Shown one piece after another: positions 20,581-34,263 of a stretch of DNA of 64,000 nt. The translations under genes and the position numbers were made by a program. The stretch spans positions 5,920,001 through 5,984,000 of the forward strand of contig CM000152.2 of assembly GCA_000004695.1 (NCBI GenBank), written 5' to 3'. The notes below the pieces were generated by a model, which saw only the letters and a program-made list of their open reading frames with translations, was not told the DNA's origin and ran no database searches. Source of the DNA: Dictyostelium discoideum. Lineage: Eukaryota. Every line of letters begins with the position of its first letter. Positions within the stretch are counted from its first letter, which is position 1.

Positions 20581-20599
20581 TAATCGATATTTTTGAAAA

Positions 20600-20800
20600 A
20601 ATTTAGCTTGTACCGGTTTTTTAAAAACAAGGTTTAATAATCAAAGATCAAATAATAAACGAACTTAAAAAGAAGCAGCATGGGACAAAGCAAAATCTAA
20701 CATCAACAAACTAATTAGACAACGAACCAACATTCAATTCCGTCAACACACTTTTTAGATAAAAAAAAATAAAAAAATAAAAAAAAAAAAAATAATAATA
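20600..20800 (+). mobile_element. retroelement 3'-UTR (C-module-like) fragment + A-rich tail, element-like sequence begins within about 20-90 bp upstream of the tRNA-Val 5' end (TRE5-type position)
   Basis: Contains AAAGAAGCAGCATGGGACAAAGCAAAA, clearly related to 17764-17790 (AAAGAGCTGCATGGGACAGAACACAAG) in the element next to tRNA-Leu. Ends in an A-rich run at 20760-20800. Confidence 0.5.
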
Positions 20801-21282
20801 AAATTTTAATAAAATTATCAAATGTACTTGTCCAATTCAAAAAAGCTAGATAAATCATTGGAGGAGATTTGTTTTGTGAAAAATGTAAATTGTGGGGTGA
20901 AGACTTATTAATAAAAAACATTTTCTTATAATCTTAAAGCAATTCAAAGATCTTCTCCAGCATTTTATTCTACTATATAATACTAACTGTGACCCTTGGT
21001 CAGAATTACTATAAATAAATGATAAAATTAAAAGTAAAACTAATAGGAACCATAATGGACTTAATATGGTATATATTAATACAAAACTTTTTAAAAACAA
21101 AGTAACAATAAAAATTATTTTTTTATTTTTTTTTTTTTTGTTTTTTTTTAATATTTTTTTTATTTATTTAATATCTAGTGATGGAAAAAAAAAAGACCTT
21201 TTTCATATAAAATATTTATATAATATTATAATTTTTTTTAATTTTTTTTTTTTTTTTTTATAAAAAGTCGAGTAGTAAATGT

Positions 21283-23136
21283 TTAACCATTAACAATTTT
21301 GGAATAACCATTTCTTCCTCTACTAATTTTACGAATGATTAAAATCAAAACAGTTGCAATGATAGCAGCACCAATTATAACACAAATTACGATTGCAGCC
21401 ACTTCACCAGGAGATAGTAATGATGGTTTATCAGGTTGATAATCATAGGAACAACTATTTTGAAATTGTTGATCACCTTGAATGGAACAAACTTTACCAG
21501 AACCACAACCAATACCATTTGGAGTTGGTATTGATGAATCGGTATTATTGTTAAATGTCATATTACTAAAGTTTATATTTGAATTTAAACAATAAACTGA
21601 TGAACCAGCAACCGCTTCATTATTTAAGAATTGACAACTGTAGAGATATAATTGACCCTCTTGAGAGAAAATAGAACCACCAATATCGGTTGCATTATTA
21701 CCATTAAATACTGAATTATAGATTTTTACATACTGTTCAGGTAATGAACCATTCATTTGAATTGCACCACCAATGGCTGCTCTATTATTGATGAATGTGG
21801 AAGACTCTATTATAATTGAAGAATCAATGATATTAATTGCACCTGCCGACTCTGTCAATGATTTACTATTGTTATTATTTGAAAATAAACATTGATTGAC
21901 CAATACATTTGAGAAGGAATTACTTAGAGATAATGGTATGGTATTAACATTATCACTAAAGGTACATTGTTGAAAGGTTGTAGTTGAATCAGAACCAAAA
22001 ACAACAAACCCTACACCACCGATTGCATTTGTAAATGTTGTATTTGATATCAAGAACAATGGTGAACCTGTACCCATACCACTTATTGAATTGAAAAAGA
22101 ATGCTGGTGAACAATTACTACCTTCAATCAATGAATTATTCATCACTAAATAACCTGACCAAATATAACCAATACCATTATTACCACTATTATTAAAAAA
22201 TCTACAATCATTAATTGTTATTAGTGTTGTTGAATTTGAAAAAATTATACCACCAATTGTTGTTAATTCTTTTTTAATTTCATTTGATTGATTTTGATTA
22301 TTATTATTTAATATTGTTGTTGTTGTTGTTGTGGTTGTATTAATAAAACTTGAATTAATTATAGTTAAAGTACTATTAATTGCACCAGAACCACCACCAC
22401 TATTACCAATACCATTAATCATTGCAAAACTACCACCAACTTGACTTGCACCATTATTAATAAATGATGATTGATCGATTGTAATATCTACCCAACTACC
22501 TTGATTTAAAATTACTGAACCACTTGATTGGTTACCATTTTTAAATGTAATACCCAAAATATAAATGGTCGTTAAATCATTACTCTTACTTGGTTTAATA
22601 TTTATAAATGAATCAATTGCATCTGTTAAATCAATTATAACTTTATTTGATAAAATAAATGGTGGTGATGATGATGATGATGATGATGTTGTTGATGTTG
22701 ATGTAGTTGAATCATCTGATGATATAACTTCTTTTTTTGAATGTGATTTTGATGAAGGTGAAGAAGAGGAGGAAGAAGAAGAAGAAGAAGATGATGATGA
22801 TGTTGAATCATTATTTATAATATTTATAGTTTTATTGGTTAAAATACCAAAAGTTGTAGTATTTATATAATAAGTACCAGGAACTATTGTTAGGGTAATT
22901 TCTTGATAAGAAGGATTACATGATTGAATTGCACTAAATATTGTTGAACATGGGAAATTCAATGTACCACAACCAACTGAGGAATTTGAACTCGAATCAA
23001 CATATGTATTGCATGTTATAATTTGATTATTACTACCATTATTACTACTACCACTATCACTAATAATATCATTACAATTAACCAGTGAACTTGTAAAATA
23101 AATAATAAATAAAATAAAAAATAATTTTATAATCAT
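21283..23136 (-). CDS. type I membrane protein with Pmp-like (GGA[IV]/FxxN) parallel beta-helix repeats, signal peptide and C-terminal TM anchor
   Basis: True ATG at 23136 (MIIKLFFILFIIYFTSSLVNC). The track start at 23202 is TTG. Repeats with IGGAIQMNGS, GGSFAMINGI, FINN/FLNN/FSNN. Ser-rich linker. TM segment VAAIVICVIIGAAIIATVLILII + RKISRGRN. Confidence 0.8.
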   Translation of the reverse strand: MIIKLFFILFIIYFTSSLVNCNDIISDSGSSNNGSNNQIITCNTYVDSSSNSSVGCGTLNFPCSTIFSAIQSCNPSYQEITLTIVPGTYYINTTTFGILTNKTINIINNDSTSSSSSSSSSSSSSSPSSKSHSKKEVISSDDSTTSTSTTSSSSSSSPPFILSNKVIIDLTDAIDSFINIKPSKSNDLTTIYILGITFKNGNQSSGSVILNQGSWVDITIDQSSFINNGASQVGGSFAMINGIGNSGGGSGAINSTLTIINSSFINTTTTTTTTILNNNNQNQSNEIKKELTTIGGIIFSNSTTLITINDCRFFNNSGNNGIGYIWSGYLVMNNSLIEGSNCSPAFFFNSISGMGTGSPLFLISNTTFTNAIGGVGFVVFGSDSTTTFQQCTFSDNVNTIPLSLSNSFSNVLVNQCLFSNNNNSKSLTESAGAINIIDSSIIIESSTFINNRAAIGGAIQMNGSLPEQYVKIYNSVFNGNNATDIGGSIFSQEGQLYLYSCQFLNNEAVAGSSVYCLNSNINFSNMTFNNNTDSSIPTPNGIGCGSGKVCSIQGDQQFQNSCSYDYQPDKPSLLSPGEVAAIVICVIIGAAIIATVLILIIRKISRGRNGYSKIVNG

Positions 23137-23375
23137 TTTTTTTTTTATTAAACAAATAAAAAAAAAAAAAAATAAACAAAAAAAAAAACTTAATTTGATC
23201 AATTTATATTTATTTTTTTATTTTTTTATTATTTTTATTTTTGTGTGTGAAAGGATTTGAAAAAAAAAATAATAAAAATATAAAAAAAAAAAAAAGAAAA
23301 AGGAATAGAAAAAAAAAAGAAAAAAAATTAAAAATAAAAAAAAATAAAAAAAAATTAAAATTAAATAAAAAAATC

Positions 23376-23406
<31 letters not shown>

Positions 23407-23855
23407 TTTTTTTTTTTTGGGACCACCCACTTATTAATTAATTTTTATATGCATTTTTTTTTTTTTTTTTTTTTTTTTGAAGTTTGCAGATCATATTTTA
23501 AGGAAAAATATTTTATTTTATTTTTATTTTTTTAATATTTTTTTTTTCACAAACTGAACACTTATCAATGAACTAAATGATATAAAATTCTATTATTTAG
23601 TTTTTTTTTTTTTTATTTATTAATTTTTTTTTTTTTTTTTGTACATTCTTAAGAATCTTACGAAAATATTTTTTTTTTTTAAATAAACAATAAAAAAATT
23701 AAAAAATAATAAATTAAGATATTTATTTTTTGGGAAAAAATATCTCCTTTTTGGAAAATTTAGCGGAGTTTTTTTTTTGTTTTTTTTTTTTTTTGGATTA
23801 AAAAAATTATATTTAAGTTTTTTTTTTTTTTTTTTTTTTTTAACAGAGATAAAGA

Positions 23856-24914
23856 ATGAACAAAGAATTAGTTGATTTAAATAGTTTAATAGAATTTAAA
23901 AGTTTAAAGGAACTTCAAGAATATCCATTCAAAGAATTTATAACAACATTAGTATATAGAGGTTCAGAAGTTTTAACAAAAGAAGATTTACCAAAGAATG
24001 AGAATGGTATTTTAAAAGTTATTAAATTAACTGATATTAGTCAATCCAATATTAATGTTTCAATTATACCAGAAGGAGTTGAAGAATTACATTTCCCATT
24101 CGAGAATGAAACAGTTACAACAAATTTAAAAAATGGTGGTTCATTACCAAAATCAATTAAATCAATTTATAATTTCAATATAAACAGTGAAATTGATTAT
24201 TTAATTGATTCAACTACAATTCCAAATCATATTACAACATTATCATTTAGATGTTATTCAAATTTTAATGGTAATATTAGTAATAATAATAATAATAATA
24301 ATGAAAATTTTAAAATACCAACAACAATAACATCATTAACATTTGGTGATGATTGGAAAAATGGTGGTCACCAATTAAAAAGTGGTGATTTTCATGAAGG
24401 TTTAAAGAATTTAGATATCATTGGATACGATAAACCATTAACAAGTGGTGTTTTACCGCAGTCACTTGAATCTTTATCAATTGGTCATTCAAATGATTAT
24501 ATATTACCACCATCAATTTTTCCTATTAATTTAAAGAAACTATCAATTAGTAGTCAATTTAATAAAGGATTAACCGTACCAACTAGTTCAATACCAAAAT
24601 CAATTACATCATTAAAATTAATGTCAACTGGTTTTGAAATTGATGAGTTTTTATATAGAAACTCTACAATTAAAAATTTAGAAATTTATATATCTTTAAA
24701 AGATCCAAAACAAATCATTACAAAAGAAATGTTACCTTCAAATTTAGAATCATTAACAGTTTCAACTGAATCAAATATAATTGAAAATAATTCATTACCA
24801 ATCACTTTACAATCATTAAATTATTCAATTCAAAATTCAAATTCAAATATTTATGAATTACTTAATAATGGTTTCTTAAATCAAGGTTTAAAAAAATTAA
24901 TTATTAATTTACCA

Positions 24915-24987
<73 letters not shown>

Positions 24988-25484
24988 TTAATAATAATAA
25001 TAATAATAATAATAACATTGATGATAATTGTATCTTCCCAAATTCATTAAAAGAATTAACATTTGGAAATGATTTTAATATTAATTTAAGTAATGGTGGA
25101 TTTTTCAATGAAGGATTGCAAGTATTAAAATTTGGTTATTCATTCAATTCTGAAATTGAATTAGGTTTATTACCAAAATCTTTAAAACATTTAGAAATTG
25201 GTGGTTGTTTTAATAATAAAATTAAAATTGGATGTTTACCAAATGGCTTAAAGATATTAAAATTTGATGAATGGGGTAATTTTAATCAACCTTTTGAATT
25301 TAATGTTTTACCAACTGAATTGGAACAATTATTTTTACCAAAATGTTATAATCAACCATTATTATCACCAGGTATTTTACCATTAACATTAAAAGTACTT
25401 CAAATTCCAAAAAAATTAAAAACTGATAATTTAATTAATGATTCTTCAATTCCGTCATCAATTTTAATAATTAAATTTAATTAA
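23856..25484 (+). CDS. FNIP-repeat protein (Dictyostelium-specific repeat family)
   Basis: About 10 repeats of the LP(K/Q/S)S(L/I)(K/E/T)SL.F...FN pattern (e.g. LPKSLKHLEIGGCFNNKI, LPNGLKILKFDEWGNFNQ). Poly-N tract encoded by (AAT)n at 24915-25010. Confidence 0.85.
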
Positions 25485-25974
25485 AAAAAAAAAAAATAAT
25501 AAAAAGAAAAAAAATAATAATAATAATATTATATAATTCACCACATTCAAATATTTATTATACAATTAAAAAACCCTATTTTAATAAAAAAATAAAAAAA
25601 ATAAAAAAAATAAAAATTAAATTTTACAATCACATAAAATAACAATAAAAAAAAAAAAAAAAATTTATAAAAAAAAATAAATTAATAATAAATATAAAAA
25701 AAAAAATCAAAGAATGTTCTTTCGTGAAAAAAAATAAATTCAATATTTTATAAAAACATAAACCTCTTTTTTTTTTAAAGAGATAAAAAAAATATATTGA
25801 ACAAACTAACCCCCACTAATCTAAATATTGTGGTAAATTTAATATGGATTTTTCCATTAACTTAAAATTATAAGGGAAAATATAAATTTCAATTTCAAAT
25901 TATTTTCCCTTTAATTCAAAAAAGTATTTAAACATAAAAAAAAAAAAATTTATTATTATCAAAAATAAAAAATC

Positions 25975-26173
25975 ATGTTTAATAATTATAATTTTAAAAC
26001 TAAAAATATAACAATAAATGGAGATATTACATTCTTTACCATTGATATCGTTTTAATATTCTTATATATTTCTCTATTAATTTTTACAACTGCATATACA
26101 AAAATAAAAAGTAAATAAATATACATTTATTAAAAATAATATTATAGCTATTAACAAAGTTTACCTTTTTTTT

Positions 26174-26211
<38 letters not shown>

Positions 26212-27124
26212 GAATTACATTTTTTTTTAATATTGGGGATTTTATTTAGAATTTTATCTTTTTCTCTATTTATAGTTAATAGAGAAGGATTAATTCATGA
26301 AAAATATATAGGAGATATACTCTATGTAGTTCATACATTGGGTACATTATGTTTGTTAACTTTATTTTCATGTATTTCACTTTTACTGTAATTATCATTT
26401 TCAATAAACATAATTAATTAAATTATAAATTTATTAATAGAATTTATTATTTTTTTAATATATAAATAAATATAGATTTTCAATATACAATAGGGGGAAT
26501 TGTTATAATATTGATTTGAAATTATATAAAAAAGGAGTAATAATAATAAATTTGGTGGTATATTTTATTGTATTTTCAATGATTTTTTATGAATTAATGT
26601 TTTCTCTAAAAGAAATGAAATCATTTAATACACTACCCTACTCAAAACCTCAAAAAGCAATTCAATTTTTTGTATCCGTAATATATTTATTTTTTGGTGT
26701 TTTATCATTTTTTATTGGTGACATGTATGTATATTCTATAGTATTAAAAAAAAAATAAAAATAAAAAATTACTAATTAATAAAACATTTTAAGGTCTTTA
26801 TTTAAAATTGTAAAAGAATTCAATAGAGATGATGGGTATTACATCAATTCATTTACAAAATTTAAATTTAAATTTGGAAAAGTTTTAATATTCAGTATGT
26901 TATATTTCTTTGTTCGTTTTATTATTACAATAACATTAATTTTCACACCAATCGAACAAACACATGGTATTTTTGAAATTATTTTCTATAGTTTATTCGA
27001 AATTCTTCCAATATCACTAGCAATATGGATAATAGACAAACTTGAAAATGAAGCAATTGAATTAAAAGATTCAAATGAAGAACCAGATAAATTCTCTCAC
27101 TTAAAAGAAGAAGAAAAAATATAA
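25975..27124 (+). CDS. predicted 4-exon gene for a ~275-aa six-TM membrane protein of unknown family: exons 25975..26110, 26276..26387, 26476..26724, 26794..27124
   Basis: Not in the ORF track as a single ORF. Four open segments join through canonical sites (aaaa a|gtaaat...tttatag|; tta ct|gtaatt...tatag|; gac at|gtatgt...tttaag|) with fully consistent phases (1, 2, 2). Six hydrophobic ~22-aa segments. Confidence 0.5.
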
Positions 27125-27253
27125 GAAAAAGTACTCACACACATATGGAATTTAAAATGCTTTACTTACAATTTTAATAAATAAATAAAAAAATTTGGAT
27201 AATAGTTTTTTTTTTTTTTTTTTTTTTTTTTATTTATAGTTTTTTAAATTTAT

Positions 27254-30200
27254 TTATAATAATTTTTGAGATCTAATTTCTTCTAATTTTTTAATAACTT
27301 CAGAAGGTGATCTTGATAATTCTTCAGAGATTGATAATTGTTTTTGATAATTTAAAGTTGAGAATTGTTCACAAAGGTCACCATCGATAATATTTTTAAC
27401 TGGGAAATAATAGGAACGATAGGCAAGATGATCACGACCGCATAATGGTAGACAATCGGATCTCATATTCATTTCTAATGTTGAAAAGAAATCTACGTCC
27501 TCTCTTGATGTGAAGGGGATTAAGGCACCAATGGCACCACTGATGGTTGTGTATAGTATAACCTCTGGTCCACCGACTACCAATGAAGTTTTATTTAAAG
27601 TTGTAACGGTATCACCAACAAAGAAATTAGCTATATGGTCCAATTTATGAGGGGCGCCGTTTAAAGTGCCACTTTCAAATTTCAATTTAGTGCCAGTTGG
27701 ATCCTCTTCAACCTCATCAGAGATTAGTAATGGTAAACGTAATACAAAGATATTACCAAACTTATCGGCACCCGCAACCGTATCATAATCCAACATAACC
27801 GATGAAGTCATCCAACGTGGTGCTAAATCATCTGCAAACACATATAACATATTCTCTGATCGTTTATACTTTATGAAATGAATGCTCTCTTGGATGTCAC
27901 CAACCACCAACCTGTCGCCTAAACTATGAATATTGACGATTGTATTTGGTAGATTCTTTGTCTCACATTTTCTAAGTAATTTCTTTTTACCCATATCATA
28001 GATACGTATTGATTTACCAACACCACAAACCAATTTACCTTGAAACTGTGCCATTGCATAAACTGGTTCCTCCACCTCGGTCTTATAAAGTAACTCCAAT
28101 TTCTTACCACCATCAATGAAACGATAAAGATTTAAATGTGCACTCTTATGACTCTTTGGATTTAATACCATATCAGTTACACAACCAACCACTAAAAATA
28201 TCTCACCACTTTCACCAAATGAACATGTACAAACACTAAATCCTGCCTCACCATCTTCCAACATCAATGACTCTAAAGATTCATGTGTAATTGGATCCAT
28301 AATTTTAATATAAGATTTCCATTTACCTTTACCAGCTTTTGGTTTAAATAATTTTTTAAATGGTTCAATTTCATTATTATTATTTTGATCATCATCATCA
28401 ATATCCATTTCTTGTTGTAACTCTTTTTGTTTTTCTAATAATAATTTTTCAGATTGTTCATTAATTTTATCAATATCAATATTATCTGTATTATAATTTG
28501 TTTCAGTCTCTAAAATTATGATATAACTTGTTTGTGGATGAATTATAAATCTTTTTGGTGTTGCATTTAATTTAATAGTTTCTTGATTGAATAAATCACC
28601 CAATTTATCAATTGAGAAAATTATGATTTTATTTTCACTTGTTGCTACAATACTCTCTGCTGATTGTTCCGATGAAAGATTGGATGCATTCTCTAATGGT
28701 TCAATTGATAATGGTACAATATCTAATTTACCTTGATTAATATAATTTAACCAAACTCTACTTGATAATGCTAACATTGCATTTGAACCTCTAACTTTAA
28801 CTTTAAATAATTTCACCGGTTTTCTACCTAATAATCTTGTTCTAATATCTGATAATTCACCTGTAACACTATCTAATGTTGCACGTTTAACAACACCATT
28901 TTTTAAACCAACAAATAAAAATAATGATCCACCACTTGTGACTGAACTACTTGCTGATGAGGTTGAGGTTGTTGTTGTGGTGGTTTGACCAGTTTGTGAT
29001 TGTGATTTTTTAGTTTCAATACCCATTTCATTTAATTGCATTTCAATAATTGATAAACTTTCAATATAAACTTTATCAGTATCTAACATTGAAACTTGAC
29101 CTAAACAATTATCACGATCTAATGAAAGAACTCTAATTGGACCTTCCCAATCGGATACTGCAATGAAACGTGCCATATTTCTACCTTTTGGAATTGGTGA
29201 AATTTCAATGCATGCTATATCTCTTCTAAGATCTTTTTTAATGATTTCAATTAAATTTGATGCTTGATCCAATTCGAAATAAATGATTTCACCACCACTT
29301 AATGCAATCGCCAATTGTGATTGATTAGCTGATGCACGTACAATGGTTTTTCTGCCTGGTGCTCTCCATTCATTAATTCTTAAATCGGATTTAATATGAC
29401 GGAAACCTGTTGGGAACACTTGAATAATTGCATCGTCTCCCATTGATTTCACTAATAGTGTGGTTGTAGTCTCCAATATACCACTCTCATGATTCTCTTG
29501 AATGGTATCACCAACACTTAACACTGATGTAGTACCAACGAATGATACAACTATATATTTATCAGTTTGGTCGATTGCATTGGGTGAGGTTGATTTTGGT
29601 ACTGTCCAAATTCCACTTGGCACACCAGGTAAATTGGCAGTGGTGATTGTGGTAACCGATAGGCCATGTCGTAACACCTTCAATGACGAATTCAAGCCAG
29701 TACCACATAATGAATAGAGTTGAGGGTTCTCTTCCCTAACTAAATCCAAAACTTTGAAATCGATAATGGGTGACAACGATGATAAATGTGATGTTGGCTC
29801 CAAATTCTTCAACTCCTCCATTTTAGTACCACATGAATTTCTAGGAGTGAACCAAAGATGGCCGTCCTTATCCTCCAATCTCTTGGCTTGGCCCTCTTCC
29901 TCCTCGTCACCAATCGATTTGAAAAAGTATAATGTATGATCACCAAATTCTGATGCAGCGAAAAGGAAGCCGTTCTTCAATACGGTTAAACAATTTGCCA
30001 ATACTATCGTGTCGAAATAGTTTACATTCACCTCTGAAACCTGGTCACCCTGGTAGTCCAATGTGATCTTGTAAAGATCTCCATGCTCTGATTGCACTAA
30101 AAAGAAGAACATTCCCTTTTGTTTATGTGATGAATGAGAGATTATCAATACTCCTTTATTGGGGTCACTACCATATCTACGTGGTATTCTAGAACGCACC

Positions 30201-30680
30201 TCTGCATGATCTTGGTTACGATACACTATATAATCCTCTGATGCTACCAATACACCACCTGGTCCCTCTGTACCACCTGGTACTGTCATCACTATGTTTG
30301 CACTGTCGTCAACTTGATCACTCCATTTTCTAACAACATTATTTAAACCTAAATCCAATTCATAATAAGTCAACAATTTCTTTTTCTTTCCAATATCTTC
30401 ATCCATCATCTCCTCAATTGATCCACCACCACCACCACCACTACTACTATCCTCCTCTGTATAATCAACTGATATGGTTGCAAATATTGGGTTATCAAAT
30501 CCAACATCAACACCACACATTGAAAATACAATTGTATTTGATTTATGTGCCTCCAATGGTGATGAAATTGTTAAATTTGCTGATGAATCTCTATTTAAAA
30601 TATAAACTAATTTTTGTTTTTCAATTGCACCTAAAATTATAATTATAACATATAGTGTATTAATATATATATTTATCTAT

Positions 30681-30711
<31 letters not shown>

Positions 30712-31124
30712 TATAATATATAAGACATACCAATCATAAAAGCTCTTCCTTTTGGATCAACTGCTAAATATTGACCAGGTACAATACGACGACAACCTGA
30801 ACGACCAAAAGTTTCTTGATGAATTTTATCAAATTGATTCTTTTGTGAATTATATTCCAAGATTACAACACGACCAGAATCTGAACCTACGATAATATAA
30901 TCTTTAGTACCACTTGTTAAACGAAATGGTATTATTGATCTAACTATACCAAATACTTCTGTATATAATACTGATTGCATTTTACCATTTTCATCATATC
31001 TAATCAATTCTAATGATCTACCATGATTTAATACTATTTCAACTTGTTTTGTACCTGAAAAATTACCACTAATCGATTGATATACCGATGTTGGTCTTTG
31101 TAATGTTAAATTATATAAATACAT
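27254..31124 (-). CDS. sf3b3: splicing factor 3B subunit 3 (SF3B3/SAP130/Rse1), 2 exons: 31124..30731 and 30630..27254
   Basis: N-terminus MYLYNLTLQRPTSVYQSISGNFSGTKQ... matches metazoan SF3B3 (MFLYNLTLQRATG...). C-terminus ...IIDGDLCEQFSTLNYQKQLSISEELSRSPSEVIKKLEEIRSQ also matches SF3B3. The 100-bp intron 30631-30730 (gtatgtctta...ttttag) restores ...GRAFMIG|AIEKQKLVYILNRD. Confidence 0.9.
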
Positions 31125-31285
31125 TTTATTTTTTTTTATATATGTAAATATATATTTTAAATTTATTTATCTCCTACCCCTTTTATTAAGGCGATATTAA
31201 TAAAAAAAATAATTAAAAAAAAAAATATAAAAAATTTGGAAATGAAAATGAGAACGTTCAAATTATAAAAAATGAGATCATTTTC

Positions 31286-31317
<32 letters not shown>

Positions 31318-32907
31318 CAATTTTTTTTTTTTTTTTTTTTTTTAAATTGTTTGTGAAAAATTCTAAACAGAAATAAATTAAATTTAATTCATCCAAATCC
31401 AGGACTTCTTTAATCTTAAAAAAAAAATAAGTTCTGAAAGTAATTTTCTTATTCAGTTTTTATTTTTATATAATAAAACAAATAAAAAAATAAAAATAAA
31501 AAAGAAGAAGAAATAAATGAAAATAGGAAATTTATAAACTTAAATAAAAAAATAAACCTTTTTTTTTTTGAATTGGATTTAAAAAAATAAACCAATTCAA
31601 ATCAAATTAATTTCCCTATTCATTCTTCTTCAAAATTAAAACAATTACAAGAAATGAATGGTAAATAATTAAATTCTAAAAAAAAAAAAATTGATTAAAG
31701 GAAAAAAAAAAAAAAAAAAACATAATGATTACATCCATTTTTTTATATTTTATATCATTTTGTATTTCTGAGTGCTCTATTTATCTATTCTAAACCCATG
31801 TTAGAAATAAATAAAATTAAATCATTGTTAAAAAAAATATTAAAAATAAAAAGAATAAAAAAAACATTCGACTGTAAACCTTTAATATTGGTTGAATTTA
31901 TTTGAAACAACATTATAAAAAATTTATATGTGTAAGTTTGTTCAAATTAAAAAATAAAAATAAAAAAATAAAACAATCAGTTTGTAGGATGGAAATTGAA
32001 TTTATATTAATTTGTAAAAATAAATTCCTAATTACACACCACACACAAACACACAACAGTTTTTTAAAACAAATTATATGTATAGTTTTTGGTTCCGAAA
32101 TAATGATTTTATTTAAAATTTACCATATCCACCACACCACTTTTTTTTATTTTATTTTTTTTAATTTTATTTTTTTTTTTTTTTTTTATTTATTTCTTTT
32201 GTGTATTATTTGATTTAATTTAATTATATTACTTTTTTAATATAATCATTTACCAATAAACAGCCGTTATTTTTTTTTTTTTTTTAAAGTTGTTATACAA
32301 TTTATTTTTATGATTTTTAAAATTTTATTTTGAAAATATTAATTCCAAAAATAAACACAAAATTACAACTACTCCATTGTTTCTACAACATGTATTTTTT
32401 TTTAATTTTTATTTCAATTTTATTTTATTTTTAATTTTATTTTTTTTTTTTTTTTTTTATTTTTTTTTTTGAATGATTAATCCATTTACGTTTTAAGAGT
32501 TTAAATTGACCCACATGCAAACTTACACTCAACCACCACTACCACTTAATTAATTTGAAGTATATCTGTATGTGAATTTATAATTATAATTATAATTATT
32601 TTTATTATTTTATTTTTTTTTTTTTATTCTCAAAATTCTTTTCTTTTAATTTTTTTTTTATTTTTTCATATTTAAATAATTTTTTTTCTTTTTTTTATTT
32701 TCAAAATAAACATATTACAATTATTAATTTTTTTATTTATTATTTATTATTTATTTATTATTTTAAAAACTAAAGTTTTATAGGTACATTTTAATTTTTT
32801 TTTTTTTTTTTTTTCTTTTTTTTTTTTTTTTTAAAATTAACAATTAGAAAATATTAATATTTTTTTTTTTTTTTTTTTTTTGAAAAAAAATTAACTAAAA
32901 TAGAAAA

Positions 32908-33252
32908 ATGGAAATGCAAAGAAATTGTAATTATATAAGAGATTTACTTTTAGTAAAAAAAATTATAGATTATAATAATGGATTCATTAACACAATGATG
33001 ATGCATTGTGCCGATATAGAAGTTTTCAAAACTCTTTACCAAAGAAATGATTTACAAGATTATAATACATTTTTAAAATTATTAAAATTAATTATTAAAA
33101 AAGATAACATATTTGCATTATTTGCATTTAGTGAATCATTAAATATTATTTTAAAAGAAAATATTCAATTATTAAAAAAATGGATACAAAAATATAATTC
33201 AAATAATTCTAAATTCTTTATGAGATTTTATTTAAATATTGAATTCCAATAA
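32908..33252 (+). CDS. small ORF (114 aa), hypothetical protein
   Basis: ATG-initiated ORF with non-repetitive composition in an otherwise ORF-poor AT-rich intergenic stretch. No recognisable domain. Confidence 0.25.
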   Translation: MEMQRNCNYIRDLLLVKKIIDYNNGFINTMMMHCADIEVFKTLYQRNDLQDYNTFLKLLKLIIKKDNIFALFAFSESLNIILKENIQLLKKWIQKYNSNNSKFFMRFYLNIEFQ

Positions 33253-33339
33253 AATAAAACAAAATAAAAAATTTATTTATTAAAATCATTATTATTCAAG
33301 CAAATAATACCAAATCATTATTTCTTTATTATTTTTATT

Positions 33340-33385
<46 letters not shown>

Positions 33386-33712
33386 GGTATTTGTTAAAAT
33401 TAATATTCAAGATTTATAAATAGTCAAAAAAAATAAAAAAAAAATAAAAATAAAATTGGTTTGGATTTGAAAAAACGAAATAATCGTTTTTTTTTTTAAA
33501 ATATTTTTTTTAAAATAAATTTTTATAATTTGTTTTTATTTTTATTTTTTTTTTTTTTTTTTTTTTTTCCTCCACATATTATTGTGATGTGTTGTTTTTA
33601 TTTTTATTAAATTTTTTTTTTTTTTTTTAAAGTTGTAAAATCACCTTTGACTTGTAAATACAATAAAAACAAACACTAACAATAATAATAATAATATAAA
33701 TAAATAATAATA

Positions 33713-34053
33713 ATGGATACATCAAGTGAAGGAGACCATGAATTAGCACCAAATGATATTTCATTCAATACTATACCATTTTCATTAAATTTTCATCCAA
33801 CTGAAGATTTATTAGTAGTATCAGATGCTGAAGGTAGATTAAAATTATTTAAATATTCTCTTGATGAAAATGAGGTTAAACTTTCATTAAGACCACATCA
33901 ATCAGGTTGTAGACAAGCAAATTTTTCAAGTGATGGAAAATGTATGTATTATTATTATTTTTATTTTATTTTTTTTTTAAAAAAAAAAACACACCTATTT
34001 CAAAATATCATATTCTAATAATTTAATTTTTTATTTTTATTTCTTGATGGATT

Positions 34054-34090
<37 letters not shown>

Positions 34091-34191
34091 TATTTTCACT
34101 GCATCATCTGATTGTTCAATGAAAGTAATTGATATTAATACAGGTTCAATTTTATATACAAGAGAAGAAGCACATGAGTATGTTAATTGAT

Positions 34192-34245
<54 letters not shown>

Positions 34246-34263
34246 CTTCCACTAACAAAATAT

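Noticed and set aside
31163-32213. Small ORFs 31163-31396 and 31902-32213 in the SF3B3 upstream region
   Set aside because: They are homopolymer-rich (poly-K/poly-F from A/T runs) with no complex sequence. The region is treated as promoter/intergenic.
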